A DNA stretch of 64,000 nt from Abditibacteriaceae bacterium (lineage in GTDB: Bacteria; Armatimonadota; Abditibacteriia; Abditibacteriales; Abditibacteriaceae): assembly GCA_965277285.1 (NCBI GenBank), contig OZ255721.1:3072001-3136000 (forward strand). The letters are read 5' to 3'. The translations under genes and the position numbers were made by a program. This document shows positions 39,500 to 49,430 of the stretch, in pieces (position 1 is the stretch's first letter; the number at the start of each line of letters is the position of its first letter). Below the pieces are notes generated by a model. It was not told the origin of the DNA. It worked only from the letters and a program-made list of their open reading frames with translations, and searched no databases.

Positions 39500-41497
39500 A
39501 TGAAACCACGTTTTGTCGCTTTCACTTTTCTATTCGTTTCGCTAATGATGAACGTCGCCGCACGCGCGCAAGGCGGTTTTCTTTCGCCGGGACAAAGCAC
39601 TCCGCAAGTGAAATGGAGCGCGACTTTGCGCCCAACTGATGCGCGTCGTGGCGAAGGCGCGCAAATCGTTGTCACAGCGCAAATCCCCAAAGGCTGGCAT
39701 CTTTATTCGACGACGCAACCTGCGGGCGGCCCAATTCGGACGACGCTCAAAATCGCGCCGAACTCCGTCATCCTTTCGGTTGGCGCGCCGCTTCAGCCCA
39801 GACCGAAAGTCAAGTTCGACAAAGGTTTCAATCTCAACGTGGAAACTTTTGAAGGCAATGTCACCTTTGGTTTGCCGATAAAAATCCAGCCGAACGCGTC
39901 CACCAAATCGAAAATTGCAATTCAAGTACGTTCGATGATTTGCAGCGACACGACATGCCTTCCGCCGCAAAGCGAAACGTTGTCGCTGCGGATTCAACCG
40001 GCGAGCGGAAAAGCGCGCGCGGGTCGCTTGAAACCTGTCACGCAAATATCGCCGCAACAATCGGGAACATCGGGCGGACAATCGCCAAAAGCGACATCGA
40101 GTACTCGATTGTCGCCGTCGGCTTCCACAACGTCGCAAAATAACGATGGCATTGCTGCGCAGGTTCAACGCGCGCAATCGAATGGCATCGGCGCTTTTCT
40201 GTTGTTGGCCTGCACGATGGGTTTCGCCGCGCTTTTGACGCCGTGCGTTTTTCCGATGATTCCGCTGACGGTCAGCGTTTTTTCCAAGGCGGAAAACGCC
40301 ACGACGAAACGCGATTTTCGCGCGCCAATTGCGTATTGCCTGGGAATTATCGGCACGTTTACCTTGATTGGTCTGGTCGTTTCCGCCTTTTTCGGTGCCA
40401 GTGGCATCACGCGTTTGGCCGCTAATCCGTGGTTGAATGTGGCGATGGCGGTTTTGTTTGTCGTGCTCGCGCTGAACCTTTTCGGCGTCTTTGAAATTAT
40501 GGTGCCATCGTCGGTTTTGAATCGCGTGCAGCCGCAAAACGCTTCCGCCAGTTCGAGTTTAGTCGCGCCGTTGTTGATGGGTTTGGCGTTTACGCTGACT
40601 TCGTTTACCTGCACGGTGCCGTTTGTTGGGACGCTTCTGGTGGCGACTTCCAAAGGCGGCGCGTGGTGGCCTTTGCTGGGAATGCTGGCGTTTAGTTCGG
40701 CGTTTGCATTTCCGTTTTTCCTGCTTGCGTTGTTTCCGCAATGGTTGTCGCGCTTGCCCAAAGCCGGAAGTTGGATGGTTTCGCTGAAGGCGACGATGGG
40801 TTTTCTTGAATTGGCGGCAGCTTTGAAGTTTTTGTCGCAAGCCGACTACGTGTGGAATCTGGGCGTTTTGACGCATCCGATTTTTTTGTCGATCTGGTCA
40901 ACTCTGGCGATTGTGGCGGGCTTGTATTTGTTGCGTTGGCTGCGACTTCCGCACGAATCGAGTACTGGAAAAGCGGGTTTGATGCGTCGTGCGCTGGGAA
41001 TCGCCTTTGGCGCGGCTGGCGTTTATTTGCTGTCGGGAATCGGTGGCCGTTCGCTGGGCGTTGTGGATGCGTATCCGCCGCCGGTCGATTATGGTTCGCG
41101 CACGATTTCCGCTTCGGCGTTGACGTGGCACAACGATTACGCGCAAGCAGTGGATGTCGCACAACGCGAAGGTCGTCCGATTTTGATCAATTTCACAGGT
41201 TACGCTTGCACCAATTGCCGCGTCATGGAATCGAACGTTTTGCCGCAGCCGGACGTGCGCCGTGAAATTGCCAACTTCGTTCCGGTCGAACTTTACACCG
41301 ATGGCGAAGACGCGGCTTCCAAGCGCAACAGCATTTTGCAACAACAAAAGTTCGGCACCATCGCCTTACCTTTATACGTCGCCGTTTCGCCCGATGGCCG
41401 CGAATTAGCGCGCCTGGAAGGATTAAACCGCGACCCGCAAGCCTTTGTCAGTTTCCTGCAACGTGCGCAATCGAGTACTCGATTGGCCGCGCGGTGA
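39500..41497 (+). CDS. dsbD: Thiol:disulfide interchange protein, DsbD family
   Basis: N-domain GWHLYS and CSDTTCLPP, TM domain LTPCVFPMIP and FTCTVP, thioredoxin FTGYACTNCR. Confidence 0.88.
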   Translation: MKPRFVAFTFLFVSLMMNVAARAQGGFLSPGQSTPQVKWSATLRPTDARRGEGAQIVVTAQIPKGWHLYSTTQPAGGPIRTTLKIAPNSVILSVGAPLQPRPKVKFDKGFNLNVETFEGNVTFGLPIKIQPNASTKSKIAIQVRSMICSDTTCLPPQSETLSLRIQPASGKARAGRLKPVTQISPQQSGTSGGQSPKATSSTRLSPSASTTSQNNDGIAAQVQRAQSNGIGAFLLLACTMGFAALLTPCVFPMIPLTVSVFSKAENATTKRDFRAPIAYCLGIIGTFTLIGLVVSAFFGASGITRLAANPWLNVAMAVLFVVLALNLFGVFEIMVPSSVLNRVQPQNASASSSLVAPLLMGLAFTLTSFTCTVPFVGTLLVATSKGGAWWPLLGMLAFSSAFAFPFFLLALFPQWLSRLPKAGSWMVSLKATMGFLELAAALKFLSQADYVWNLGVLTHPIFLSIWSTLAIVAGLYLLRWLRLPHESSTGKAGLMRRALGIAFGAAGVYLLSGIGGRSLGVVDAYPPPVDYGSRTISASALTWHNDYAQAVDVAQREGRPILINFTGYACTNCRVMESNVLPQPDVRREIANFVPVELYTDGEDAASKRNSILQQQKFGTIALPLYVAVSPDGRELARLEGLNRDPQAFVSFLQRAQSSTRLAAR

Positions 41498-41527
41498 GAA
41501 TGCAAACCAGCTTTTCAAAGGTGCAGC

Positions 41528-41797
41528 ATGATTTTAGAAGTGAACGACGAACTCAAAGCGATTTGTGAGAAAATCGAGATTGAAAATCTCTCGTTGGAAG
41601 ATTGGCGCGAAACCGAATCTGGCGACGAATTTCAAAGCGAACATTTCTGCGGCGGTTATGATGCGGACGAAGACGCATTTTGCTTCAGCTACTACGATGC
41701 GAACAAAGTCGAATGGTGGTTTCAGATTACGTTGGACGAAGTGCATCGTATTCAACGCAAAGAGTTAATAAACGTTGAAGCTCGTGAGGCACAATAA
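41528..41797 (+). CDS. Small acidic hypothetical protein, copy 1
   Basis: Paralog of 42496-42726 (EDWR..ES.DEFQ.EHFCGGYDA...EWWFQ.TLDEV). Confidence 0.75.
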   Translation: MILEVNDELKAICEKIEIENLSLEDWRETESGDEFQSEHFCGGYDADEDAFCFSYYDANKVEWWFQITLDEVHRIQRKELINVEAREAQ

Positions 41798-41873
41798 AAA
41801 AGTTCAACGACACATCTATCAATTCTGCTTCGAGTACTCGATTGGTAATGCAACCGAGAAAACGTATCGTTTT

Positions 41874-42086
41874 ATGTCTCCCGAATTTCAAAGCGACCTC
41901 AACACTTTGATCGAAGCCAACCGCGAACGCGCCTTATGGTCGCTGTCGCGCGATGTTGTGCCACAGACACCGCAAGCTGCGCGGCGTATTTTGGAAACCA
42001 TCGCGGCGCGCGGCGACCGAGCGACGTTTGTGCGCGCCCGCCAATTGTTGCGCGAACTTGATGCTGCGGAAACGGAAGCGGCTTAA
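41874..42086 (+). CDS. Small helical hypothetical protein (70 aa)
   Basis: Host-like codon usage; RALWSL..D; bounded by 12-mer copies. Confidence 0.55.
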   Translation: MSPEFQSDLNTLIEANRERALWSLSRDVVPQTPQAARRILETIAARGDRATFVRARQLLRELDAAETEAA

Positions 42087-42121
42087 CATATCATGGTTTC
42101 GAGTACTCAATTGGAGGCCAG

Positions 42122-42499
42122 ATGAGCGAAGCGAAGATTACCAAGAATGAAGTGAAAGAGTTTGTCGAGGCCGCGCATGGCGATCTTGATAAAGTGCAGC
42201 AAATGCTGAGCAGCAAGCCACTTTTGCTCGATATGCCCAATGGAAACGAAACCGCTCTGGGCGCAGCGTGCCAGATGAAGCGGAAAGACATCATCGAATA
42301 TTTGCTGGCTCATGGTGCGCCAATGGACATTTATGCGGCGTGTGTTCTGGGCCTCGCGGAGAAAGTCGGTGAATTTTTAGATGCCGATCCGTTGTTGGTC
42401 AACAAGAAAAACAAGCAATCCCACGTCAAGCCGCCGCTCTTCTTCGCTTCCGAACAGCCGAAAATACTGGCGCTGCTGAAAAGCCGGGGCGCAAAATGA
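42122..42499 (+). CDS. Ankyrin-repeat protein
   Basis: AAHGDLDKV, ETALGAA...IIEYLLAHGA, ALLKSRGA; RBS GGAGG. Confidence 0.82.
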   Translation: MSEAKITKNEVKEFVEAAHGDLDKVQQMLSSKPLLLDMPNGNETALGAACQMKRKDIIEYLLAHGAPMDIYAACVLGLAEKVGEFLDADPLLVNKKNKQSHVKPPLFFASEQPKILALLKSRGAK

Positions 42500-42726
42500 C
42501 TCTTTCCGTAAATGACGAATTCAAAGTGATTTGTCGGCAAATCGAGGTCGAAAACTTTTCGGTCGAAGATTGGCGCGACGCGGAATCCAGCGATGAGTTT
42601 CAAGGCGAGCATTTTTGTGGCGGCTACGATGCGGACGAAAAAGAATGGTGGTTTCAACTCACGTTGGATGAAGTGCAAAATATCCTGCGTGGAGAGTTGA
42701 CAAATTTCGAAACTCGTGCGGCATAG
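42496..42726 (+). CDS. Small acidic hypothetical protein, copy 2 (13-codon internal deletion)
   Basis: Coupled to the ankyrin gene (ATGA); paralog of 41528-41797. Confidence 0.7.
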   Translation: MTLSVNDEFKVICRQIEVENFSVEDWRDAESSDEFQGEHFCGGYDADEKEWWFQLTLDEVQNILRGELTNFETRAA

Positions 42727-42739
42727 TAGCGCGAACAAT

Positions 42740-42775
42740 AAAAAGTCCAGCGAACATTTAATCGCTGGACTTTTT
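42740..42775. terminator. Bidirectional terminator
   Basis: AAAAAGTCCAGCGA-loop-TCGCTGGACTTTTT. Confidence 0.75.
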
Positions 42776-42794
42776 CGTGCTTCGAGTACTCGAT

Positions 42795-43220
42795 TCAGGC
42801 TTCTTCTGTTGTCAAGTCATCGAACGGCTTTTTGGAAGAAGATTCTTTGCGCAAATCGTCTTGCAGGTTTGCGCGAGTTTCGCGCGCGGCCAGCGAACCT
42901 TCCTGAATCGCATCTTGCAACGCGGGACGAACGTGTTCATTGAAGGTTTGCGCGACATCCTTGGCGCGTCCGGAGAGACCTTTCACGCGACCCGATAAAC
43001 GTCCCAAGCGCGATTGCAGGTTTTTGGCGTTGTTTGCAGTTGCGCGCAACGATTCCTGTGCTTCGGCGTGCGCCGCTTGTTCGCCGCTGCGCGCGATGAA
43101 ATATGTCGCCGCAGCGCCTAAGACGGCGCCGAACAAGACGAAGCCCATGGCGGATGAAAAGGTTGGGCCAGCGTGAATGACTACGGTTTCGGGCGCGAGG
43201 TTATTTCTTTTTTCGGCCAA
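42795..43220 (-). CDS. YtxH-like membrane-anchored coiled-coil protein
   Basis: RBS AAGGAGG before TTG; GFVLFGAVLGAAA then coiled coil; downstream of a DUF948-like gene. Confidence 0.65.
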   Translation of the reverse strand: MAEKRNNLAPETVVIHAGPTFSSAMGFVLFGAVLGAAATYFIARSGEQAAHAEAQESLRATANNAKNLQSRLGRLSGRVKGLSGRAKDVAQTFNEHVRPALQDAIQEGSLAARETRANLQDDLRKESSSKKPFDDLTTEEA

Positions 43221-43650
43221 GCAAACCCCTCCTTTCCTCGACGACAATCGTTTTCTTGTTGCCGCGCAGGGCACGCGCTCCAGCCAGCACGCCGCTCAGG
43301 ATGCCGACCGATTTCACCAGCGGCGATTCGGCGCGCGCCATCACGCTGCTGGCGATGTGCGTTACGCGATCCACGGTTCCGGTTACGTTGGAAGTCGTCT
43401 GGCGCGCGTCGTCGCTCATCGACTTGACGTTGCCGACGGTGGCGTCCACGTTGGTCATCATCGTCGGCATTTTTTTATTCACTTCGTCCATCGTTTTGCG
43501 CACATCGCCCAGCAGTTCTTTGGTTGCACCCAAAAGCATGAAGGCCGCAAACGCGATAACGGCAACGGAAATGGCGAACACGATTTGCGAAAGCGCGATG
43601 AGATACATCGTCCAGGTCGGAAAGTTAGAAATCGAAACTTCGGGTGGCAT
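43201..43650 (-). CDS. DUF948 (YoxC/YtxG-like) membrane protein
   Basis: RBS GAGGAG; N-terminal TM helix then long amphipathic repeats. Confidence 0.65.
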   Translation of the reverse strand: MPPEVSISNFPTWTMYLIALSQIVFAISVAVIAFAAFMLLGATKELLGDVRKTMDEVNKKMPTMMTNVDATVGNVKSMSDDARQTTSNVTGTVDRVTHIASSVMARAESPLVKSVGILSGVLAGARALRGNKKTIVVEERRGLLGRKKK

Positions 43651-43872
43651 CGAAAAACTCCTCAGATTGATACGCGGCGTTAGGCTTTGCTGTTGCGTTC
43701 TATTGTAGCAAGTTTGTCGCAAATTGCTGTGACATCGGGCGCGCTCCTGTCGCAAATTAAACGCCGCGTTTCGCGTTTCGAGTACTCGATTCGACTTGTT
43801 TAGTTGCACAAGAAGATGTAACATTTGATGTGCATTTCGCTACCACGAAATCAAAATTAAAGGAATGACACC

Positions 43873-44157
43873 ATGAGCACGAAAATCTATGAAAAGGAGA
43901 TGACGATCGTTGAAGCGCGCAAAAGGCTGACTCAATTGCCGGAAGAATTTGCGAGTGGGACAAGCGCGATTACGGTCACGCGGCGCGGCAAACCCGTTAT
44001 GTCGGTGATGCCGTTCGAGTTGTATGACGCTCTCATGGAAACCCTCGAAATAGCGAGCGACCCGCAATTGATGACTGAACTGCGAAATGGAATCGAGGAA
44101 GCGCGCAACGGTCGAACGAACTCATGGGAAAGCGTGAAACAAAAGAACGGCTGGTAA
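43873..44157 (+). CDS. Phd/YefM family antitoxin
   Basis: TIVEARKRLTQL...ITVTRRGKPV..VMP...YDALMETLEI. Confidence 0.9.
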   Translation: MSTKIYEKEMTIVEARKRLTQLPEEFASGTSAITVTRRGKPVMSVMPFELYDALMETLEIASDPQLMTELRNGIEEARNGRTNSWESVKQKNGW

Positions 44158-44495
44158 CAGCGGCGAGCGAAGAACCAACGGCCACGACGTGGAAAATTGA
44201 GATTACTGCAACGGCGGAAGCGAGTTTGAAAGCGGTTAAAGACGCGCGCGTGCAGAAGAAATTGGTGGAAACAATTGATAGCTTGAGCCTTGAACCCGAC
44301 CGCAAAGGCAAAGCCCTGATCGGTGAATTGACGGGATTTCGCAGCATCCGCGCGGTCGGACAACGCTATCGAATCATTTACCAGTTGCAAGATAAGGTTG
44401 TGACAGTCACGGTCGTTTTTCTTGGAATGCGCAAAGAAGGCGACAAGAAAGACGTTTATCATTTGGCCAAACGGCTGTTGGGCTTGCTGGAATAA
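44124..44495 (+). CDS. RelE/ParE family toxin
   Basis: WKIEIT..A, GKALIGELTGFRSIR...YRIIY, LGMRKE; overlaps the antitoxin; start uncertain. Confidence 0.88.
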   Translation: MGKRETKERLVTAASEEPTATTWKIEITATAEASLKAVKDARVQKKLVETIDSLSLEPDRKGKALIGELTGFRSIRAVGQRYRIIYQLQDKVVTVTVVFLGMRKEGDKKDVYHLAKRLLGLLE

Positions 44496-44514
44496 ACTCT
44501 AATCGAGTACTCGA

Positions 44515-45090
44515 ATGAGCGTTTCAAAATTGCTCTACTATAAAGAAATGCGCGACAACATTCTGTGGAAGTTCTTCTCCAATCTTTTGTTTTATAAACA
44601 GCCAGTTTCGATTCGTTCTTCGTTCGGCGTTGAAGAATCGGTGCGACGTTTGTCGAAAGTGGTGTGCTGGTTTCCGTCTTTGTTTGGACAATCGCTGCTT
44701 GGAAGCGTCAAAGTTCATCGCGTCAGAATCCGTCGTGTCATTCCTTTCGTCGGAAATTCTTTCGCGCCCGTTTTCTACGGCTCGTTCCGAGAACATGATG
44801 GCATAACAATGTTGGAAGGCTACTTCGCCATGCATCGTTCCACCAGCCTCTTTCTTAGCGTTGGCCTCGGTTTTCTTTGTTTTATGTCCTTGCTTTTTGT
44901 CGTGGGTGCTGTCGTCGGCCACGTTCCCGTATCTTCACCTGTTCCTCGGTGGCAAGGTTTGATTTATAGCCTTCTACCGATAGGCATGATGCTCTATATG
45001 ATAGCCCTCACAAAAGTAGGTAAATGGTTCGCGCGCAACGACGAAGCGTTCATCGAGCAACGTATTTATGCGGTTTTGAGCGAAGTTTGA
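44515..45090 (+). CDS. Membrane hypothetical protein (2 TM)
   Basis: AT-richer; ATG immediately follows a 12-mer copy. Confidence 0.6.
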   Translation: MSVSKLLYYKEMRDNILWKFFSNLLFYKQPVSIRSSFGVEESVRRLSKVVCWFPSLFGQSLLGSVKVHRVRIRRVIPFVGNSFAPVFYGSFREHDGITMLEGYFAMHRSTSLFLSVGLGFLCFMSLLFVVGAVVGHVPVSSPVPRWQGLIYSLLPIGMMLYMIALTKVGKWFARNDEAFIEQRIYAVLSEV

Positions 45091-45092
45091 AA

Positions 45093-46289
45093 TCACACCA
45101 AGGGTCGCGTTTTCGAGCGGTTTTTGCTGGAGCGTTGCGCGCTGAGGCCGCGACTCGTCATCAGTTCTTCCAGCAATTGATAAAACATTTCGCGGTCAGC
45201 GCCGCGCACCACCGCGTGTTCGTGCGCTTCCATCAGCGAAATCGGATAACCGTCGCCGCGCTCGATTTGCGCCAATGTCAAAGCGTGAATTTGATCAAGC
45301 CAATCGGCGTTCTGCGCGACCCAGATCGGAAATTCCAAGCGCGCCACGTTGTTGTCTTCAATTTTGAGGTAGAAAAAACAGGTTTGATGACGCGAGGCGT
45401 TGGCGTTTGTTGGCTTTCCAGTACTCGATTGCTGGTTGCGCCGCGACAGGAAAACCGGCGAACGCGCTCCATTTCCCAACAATTCGTCGAACAAACGCGC
45501 ATCGGAAAGCCGCGCCATTTGGGTGATAATGGCGCTTGTCTCTTCGTTTTCACTGCTCCATTCATTTGCTAAAACGCGCAAACTTGTGACGACATCTGTG
45601 GCGCGCGAAGCGGCGATGTAACCGCAAATCGGTTGACCGCAACTTCTCAAGCGATCCAGAGCGCGTTCGTTTTCGTTCTGCGCCCAATCGCGCCACGCTT
45701 GCTGTGACGAGATGCGCAAATCGAAAATGCCGTCGCTTATTCCCAAAGTCGGCACGTCACTTTGTTCTTCCAAAAGACGCGCCAGTTCGTCCAGTTCCGC
45801 GACGTGGCGGCGCGCGTCAATCAATTCGCGCACAACGATTGAACCGCTTTGAGATGCGGCGTTGTGCCAATCGTCGTCCATGCCGTTCCAAAAAAAGTGC
45901 GGCGTCGCCGACATCTGCGCCGAACCGTTTTGCCCGTAATGCAAATCAATCGCGCTCAGGTGCAGTAAATAACAATCGCTGATTTGGTGCGCGTCCGCGT
46001 AAATCTGCGAACCATCGGATGCCACAATCCGGTAATCGTCGGGCGCATTTGTCACCATGAAACTCGTGTTCGGCGCCATCGAGTTGTCCAATAATTGTGC
46101 TGGATGCCAGTTTTGCGGCACGCGCTCATGGTTCAAGGCGTCGGCAATCGTGCCATTGAAATCGTTTTCAACGCTGCGCTCGCACAATTCGCGCGACAAA
46201 TCGAAGGCGCCATCCAACGATTGCGGACGTGACGCTTCGTCGTCCAACATCTTTTCCATCTGAGATGATAAAATTGCAAAATCAAGCAT
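45093..46289 (-). CDS. NurA-domain nuclease
   Basis: ASDGSQI, ISDG, RLEFP.W, GYPISLMEAHEHAVV. Confidence 0.85.
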   Translation of the reverse strand: MLDFAILSSQMEKMLDDEASRPQSLDGAFDLSRELCERSVENDFNGTIADALNHERVPQNWHPAQLLDNSMAPNTSFMVTNAPDDYRIVASDGSQIYADAHQISDCYLLHLSAIDLHYGQNGSAQMSATPHFFWNGMDDDWHNAASQSGSIVVRELIDARRHVAELDELARLLEEQSDVPTLGISDGIFDLRISSQQAWRDWAQNENERALDRLRSCGQPICGYIAASRATDVVTSLRVLANEWSSENEETSAIITQMARLSDARLFDELLGNGARSPVFLSRRNQQSSTGKPTNANASRHQTCFFYLKIEDNNVARLEFPIWVAQNADWLDQIHALTLAQIERGDGYPISLMEAHEHAVVRGADREMFYQLLEELMTSRGLSAQRSSKNRSKTRPLV

Positions 46290-46340
46290 AAGAATTGGGA
46301 ATCGAGTACTCGACCCCGAAAATTGTCGGGTCAATAATTC

Positions 46341-46407
46341 TGTAGGGACGTCAGCTTGCTGCGTCCGTGTGTCAAAGGTGCGGGCGCAGCAAGCTGACGT
46401 CCCTACA
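46341..46407. repeat. GTAG-type REP doublet, family B
   Basis: TGTAGGGACGTCAGCTTGCTGCG ... CGCAGCAAGCTGACGTCCCTACA. Confidence 0.88.
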
Positions 46408-46483
46408 AGTTTGACCTCTCCTCTTGTACAAAGTAAACTCGCAGAGGTTGTGAAAAATTTCTCAAGCAGTTGGAAAAGCGAAA

Positions 46484-46990
46484 ATGACGATTCAAAAACC
46501 CCGCAACAAACGTTTTCTGATCGGGCCGATTATCATTGTTGGCGCGTTGGTTTCGCTGGTCGCAACCGGTATGAAATCGAATACGCTGCGCGCCGTTCCG
46601 GTCGATCAGTTGCGCGCGGCGGACGCGACTTCGGCGTCTTTTGTGTCGCAGCGTTTGCGTGTTGTCGGGCGCATCACGAACCAGCCAGTACGTAAAACCG
46701 ATTTGCAAACTGCGAATGGCACGGTTCAACTGGCGCAGTTCAGCATTGAGGAAAAAGGCAAAACCTTGCAGGTCGAATATAAAGACGCGCTGCCGGACAC
46801 GTTTCGCGCGGGCGGGCCGGTTCAAGTCGATGGCGTTTACACGGCGCCCGGCGTGATGCAAGCCGATCATGTCTTAACGAAATGTCCGTCGAAATACGAA
46901 GGCGCCAAAGACGGCAAAGCGGGAAGCTATCCGCAAAACGCGCCGCAAAGTTTGAAGAATACGTCGTTGGCGATGTTGCCATCGCAATGA
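46484..46990 (+). CDS. ccmE: Cytochrome c maturation heme chaperone CcmE (CxxxY type)
   Basis: N-terminal TM, LRVVG, LPDTFR, VLTKCPSKYE. Confidence 0.9.
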   Translation: MTIQKPRNKRFLIGPIIIVGALVSLVATGMKSNTLRAVPVDQLRAADATSASFVSQRLRVVGRITNQPVRKTDLQTANGTVQLAQFSIEEKGKTLQVEYKDALPDTFRAGGPVQVDGVYTAPGVMQADHVLTKCPSKYEGAKDGKAGSYPQNAPQSLKNTSLAMLPSQ

Positions 46991-47005
46991 AATATGACAA
47001 TTGAT

Positions 47006-47067
47006 GAACCCGAAGCGTCAGCGAGGGAGATTTTAGAAAACATCTCCCTCGCTGACGCTTCGGGTTC
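47006..47067. repeat. REP-like hairpin, family C
   Basis: GAACCCGAAGCGTCAGCGAGGGAGAT / ATCTCCCTCGCTGACGCTTCGGGTTC, perfect 26-bp arms. Confidence 0.85.
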
Positions 47068-47092
47068 GTTGTAAGAAGGAATCGAGTACTCG

Positions 47093-49261
47093 ATGTTACC
47101 CATTTTAGGTCAAACGTTGTTGTGGATTGCGCTGTGTTGCGCCGCTTATTCAATCGGCGCGACGTGGTTCGCTTATCGCGCGCCTGCCGGTCGCGGTTCG
47201 GCATTTTTGGCGTCGTCGCACCGCGCCACAATTCTTGTTTTGGTGGCGCTTTCGAGCGCGGCGGTTTTGTTGTGGTATTTGTTCCTGACCAACGATTTCA
47301 GCGTCAATTACGTGTGGGCACATTCGACGGTTGACCAGCACGTCGCTTATAAAATCTCAGCTTTGTGGGGCGGACAAGCCGGTTCTCTGCTTTTGTGGGC
47401 ATGGATTTTAGCTCTTTATGCCGTTTTGGTGGCGCGTTTCGGCAAGCGGTCTTCGAGTGCCGAAGTGGGGCACTTTCTGGCGCCGACGGCGGTGGCGATT
47501 ATCAACATTGTCAGCGTCTTTTTTATTGGCATGATCGCGCTGGCGGCTTCTCCTTTTGAAGTCGGCAGCGGCGCGGTTCCCAAAGACGGTTTGGGCTTGA
47601 ATCCTCTGCTGCAGAACTATTGGATGCAGATTCATCCGCCGACGCTTTATACGGGTTACGTCGGTTGCACGATTCCCTTTGCCTTTGCGATGGCGGCGTT
47701 GCTGCATCGCAAAACCGACGGCGAATGGCTGGGCGTCGTGCGTCGCTGGACGCTGTTTCCGTGGGTGATTTTGACGATTGGCATCATCATGGGTGGGCGC
47801 TGGGCGTATGAAACTTTGGGCTGGGGCGGTTATTGGGCGTGGGATCCGGTTGAAAACGCGAGCCTGATGCCGTGGCTGACCGGAACCGCATTCATCCATT
47901 CGATTATGATTCAGGCGCGGCGCGGAATGCTCAAAACCTGGAACATGACGCTGGTGACATTGACGTTTTTGCTGTCGGTTTTCGGCACGTTCCTGACGCG
48001 CAGCGGCGTGATTTCCAGCGTGCATTCGTTCGCTGAAAGCAACATCGGGCCGTATTTTCTGGGATTTTTGGGCTTCGCTTTGTTCGCCGCTTTCGGTGTT
48101 ATCGTATGGCGGCGCGATGAATTGCAGGCGAAAACCGAACTCGATTCGGCCTTGTCGCGCGAAGGTGCGTTCTTGTTGAATAACTGGGTTTTGCTGGGCG
48201 CGACGCTCGCGGTTTTGTGGGGCACGGTTTTTCCAAGCATCAGCCAGGCGTTTAACGGCACGACGATTTCGCTGGGACAGCCGTATTTCAATCGCGTGAT
48301 GGTTCCACTGGGCTTGATTTTGTTGGCGCTGACCGGAATCGGGCCGTTGATGGCGTGGCGCAAAATGACGGCGCTATCCTTCTTTCGAGTACTCAAATGG
48401 CCGATCGTGTTCGGTGTTCTGGCTTCTCCTTTGTTGTGGTATTTAGCGCAGCAGGAGACCGGCGCGGCAACGGCGTTTTGCTTAGCCGTTTTCGTGGTTG
48501 TCGCTATCGGCGGCGAGTTCTGGCGCGGTACGCGAGCGCGTCAACGTTCGACGGGCGAAAGCGCGGGCACGGCGTTCAGCAATTTAATTGGTCGCAACAA
48601 AGCGCGTTACGGCGGCTACATCGTTCATCTGGGAATTGTGACGCTGATGGTTGGCGCGGCGGGCAACGCGTTCAAAATTGAAAGCGAAGCGATTGTCTTG
48701 AAAAAAGGCAACATCATGCCGGTGCGCAATGCGACGCGCGTCAGCGAATATGCCTTGCGCTTTGATGGATTGGCGCGGCCTCAAACGATTGAAGCGGGTA
48801 AAGCCGATGAAGTGGCGGCGTTAGTCACGGTCTTAAAAAACGGCGTGGCGATTGCGCAAATGTCGCCGCACGTCGATTTTTTCAAGGCGAATGGCAATGC
48901 GGACGCGACCTCGCAGCGCGATCAACCGTTGCAGCAGGCTTCTCGCCCCGCGATTATGGTGACGCCCGCGCACGACCTTTATTTGTCGCTCACTGATTAC
49001 GATCCGCAAAAGAATACGGCGCAAATCAAAGCGTTTTTGAACCCTTTGGTAATGTGGATCTGGGTCAGTTGTATCTTCTTCATTGGCGGCACGACGTTGT
49101 CGCTCTTGCCTGATCGCAAACGTGAAACCGTCGCAGCGGACGAGAAAACCCTTGCGCCTCCGACACCGAATCGAGTACTCGATAGGCCGACGCGCAATGA
49201 ACCGCGCAGCGGCGAAGTATTGGCAGCAACGGCGATTCGCAAGGAAGTTTCCGCGCCGTAA
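47093..49261 (+). CDS. ccmF: Cytochrome c heme lyase CcmF
   Basis: GLNPLLQ, IHPP, WAYETLGWGGYWAWDPVENAS, TRSG..SVHSF, HLG. Confidence 0.96.
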   Translation: MLPILGQTLLWIALCCAAYSIGATWFAYRAPAGRGSAFLASSHRATILVLVALSSAAVLLWYLFLTNDFSVNYVWAHSTVDQHVAYKISALWGGQAGSLLLWAWILALYAVLVARFGKRSSSAEVGHFLAPTAVAIINIVSVFFIGMIALAASPFEVGSGAVPKDGLGLNPLLQNYWMQIHPPTLYTGYVGCTIPFAFAMAALLHRKTDGEWLGVVRRWTLFPWVILTIGIIMGGRWAYETLGWGGYWAWDPVENASLMPWLTGTAFIHSIMIQARRGMLKTWNMTLVTLTFLLSVFGTFLTRSGVISSVHSFAESNIGPYFLGFLGFALFAAFGVIVWRRDELQAKTELDSALSREGAFLLNNWVLLGATLAVLWGTVFPSISQAFNGTTISLGQPYFNRVMVPLGLILLALTGIGPLMAWRKMTALSFFRVLKWPIVFGVLASPLLWYLAQQETGAATAFCLAVFVVVAIGGEFWRGTRARQRSTGESAGTAFSNLIGRNKARYGGYIVHLGIVTLMVGAAGNAFKIESEAIVLKKGNIMPVRNATRVSEYALRFDGLARPQTIEAGKADEVAALVTVLKNGVAIAQMSPHVDFFKANGNADATSQRDQPLQQASRPAIMVTPAHDLYLSLTDYDPQKNTAQIKAFLNPLVMWIWVSCIFFIGGTTLSLLPDRKRETVAADEKTLAPPTPNRVLDRPTRNEPRSGEVLAATAIRKEVSAP

Positions 49262-49315
49262 TTCGTTGGTCTTCGTTTTTCCTGCAAGCTACTTCTAAAC
49301 TCCAGAGAAACAAGG

Positions 49316-49386
49316 GTTTGTCATTCTGAGCGCAGCGAAGAATCTAAAGTGGTGCAAGATTCTTCGCTGCGCTCAGAATGACAAAC
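49316..49386. repeat. REP-like hairpin, family A
   Basis: Perfect 30-bp arms GTTTGTCATTCTGAGCGCAGCGAAGAATCT. Confidence 0.92.
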
Positions 49387-49430
49387 TGAAAGTTTGCAGA
49401 CTTTTCAAATAGCTTAAAGTCTTCGTTCCC

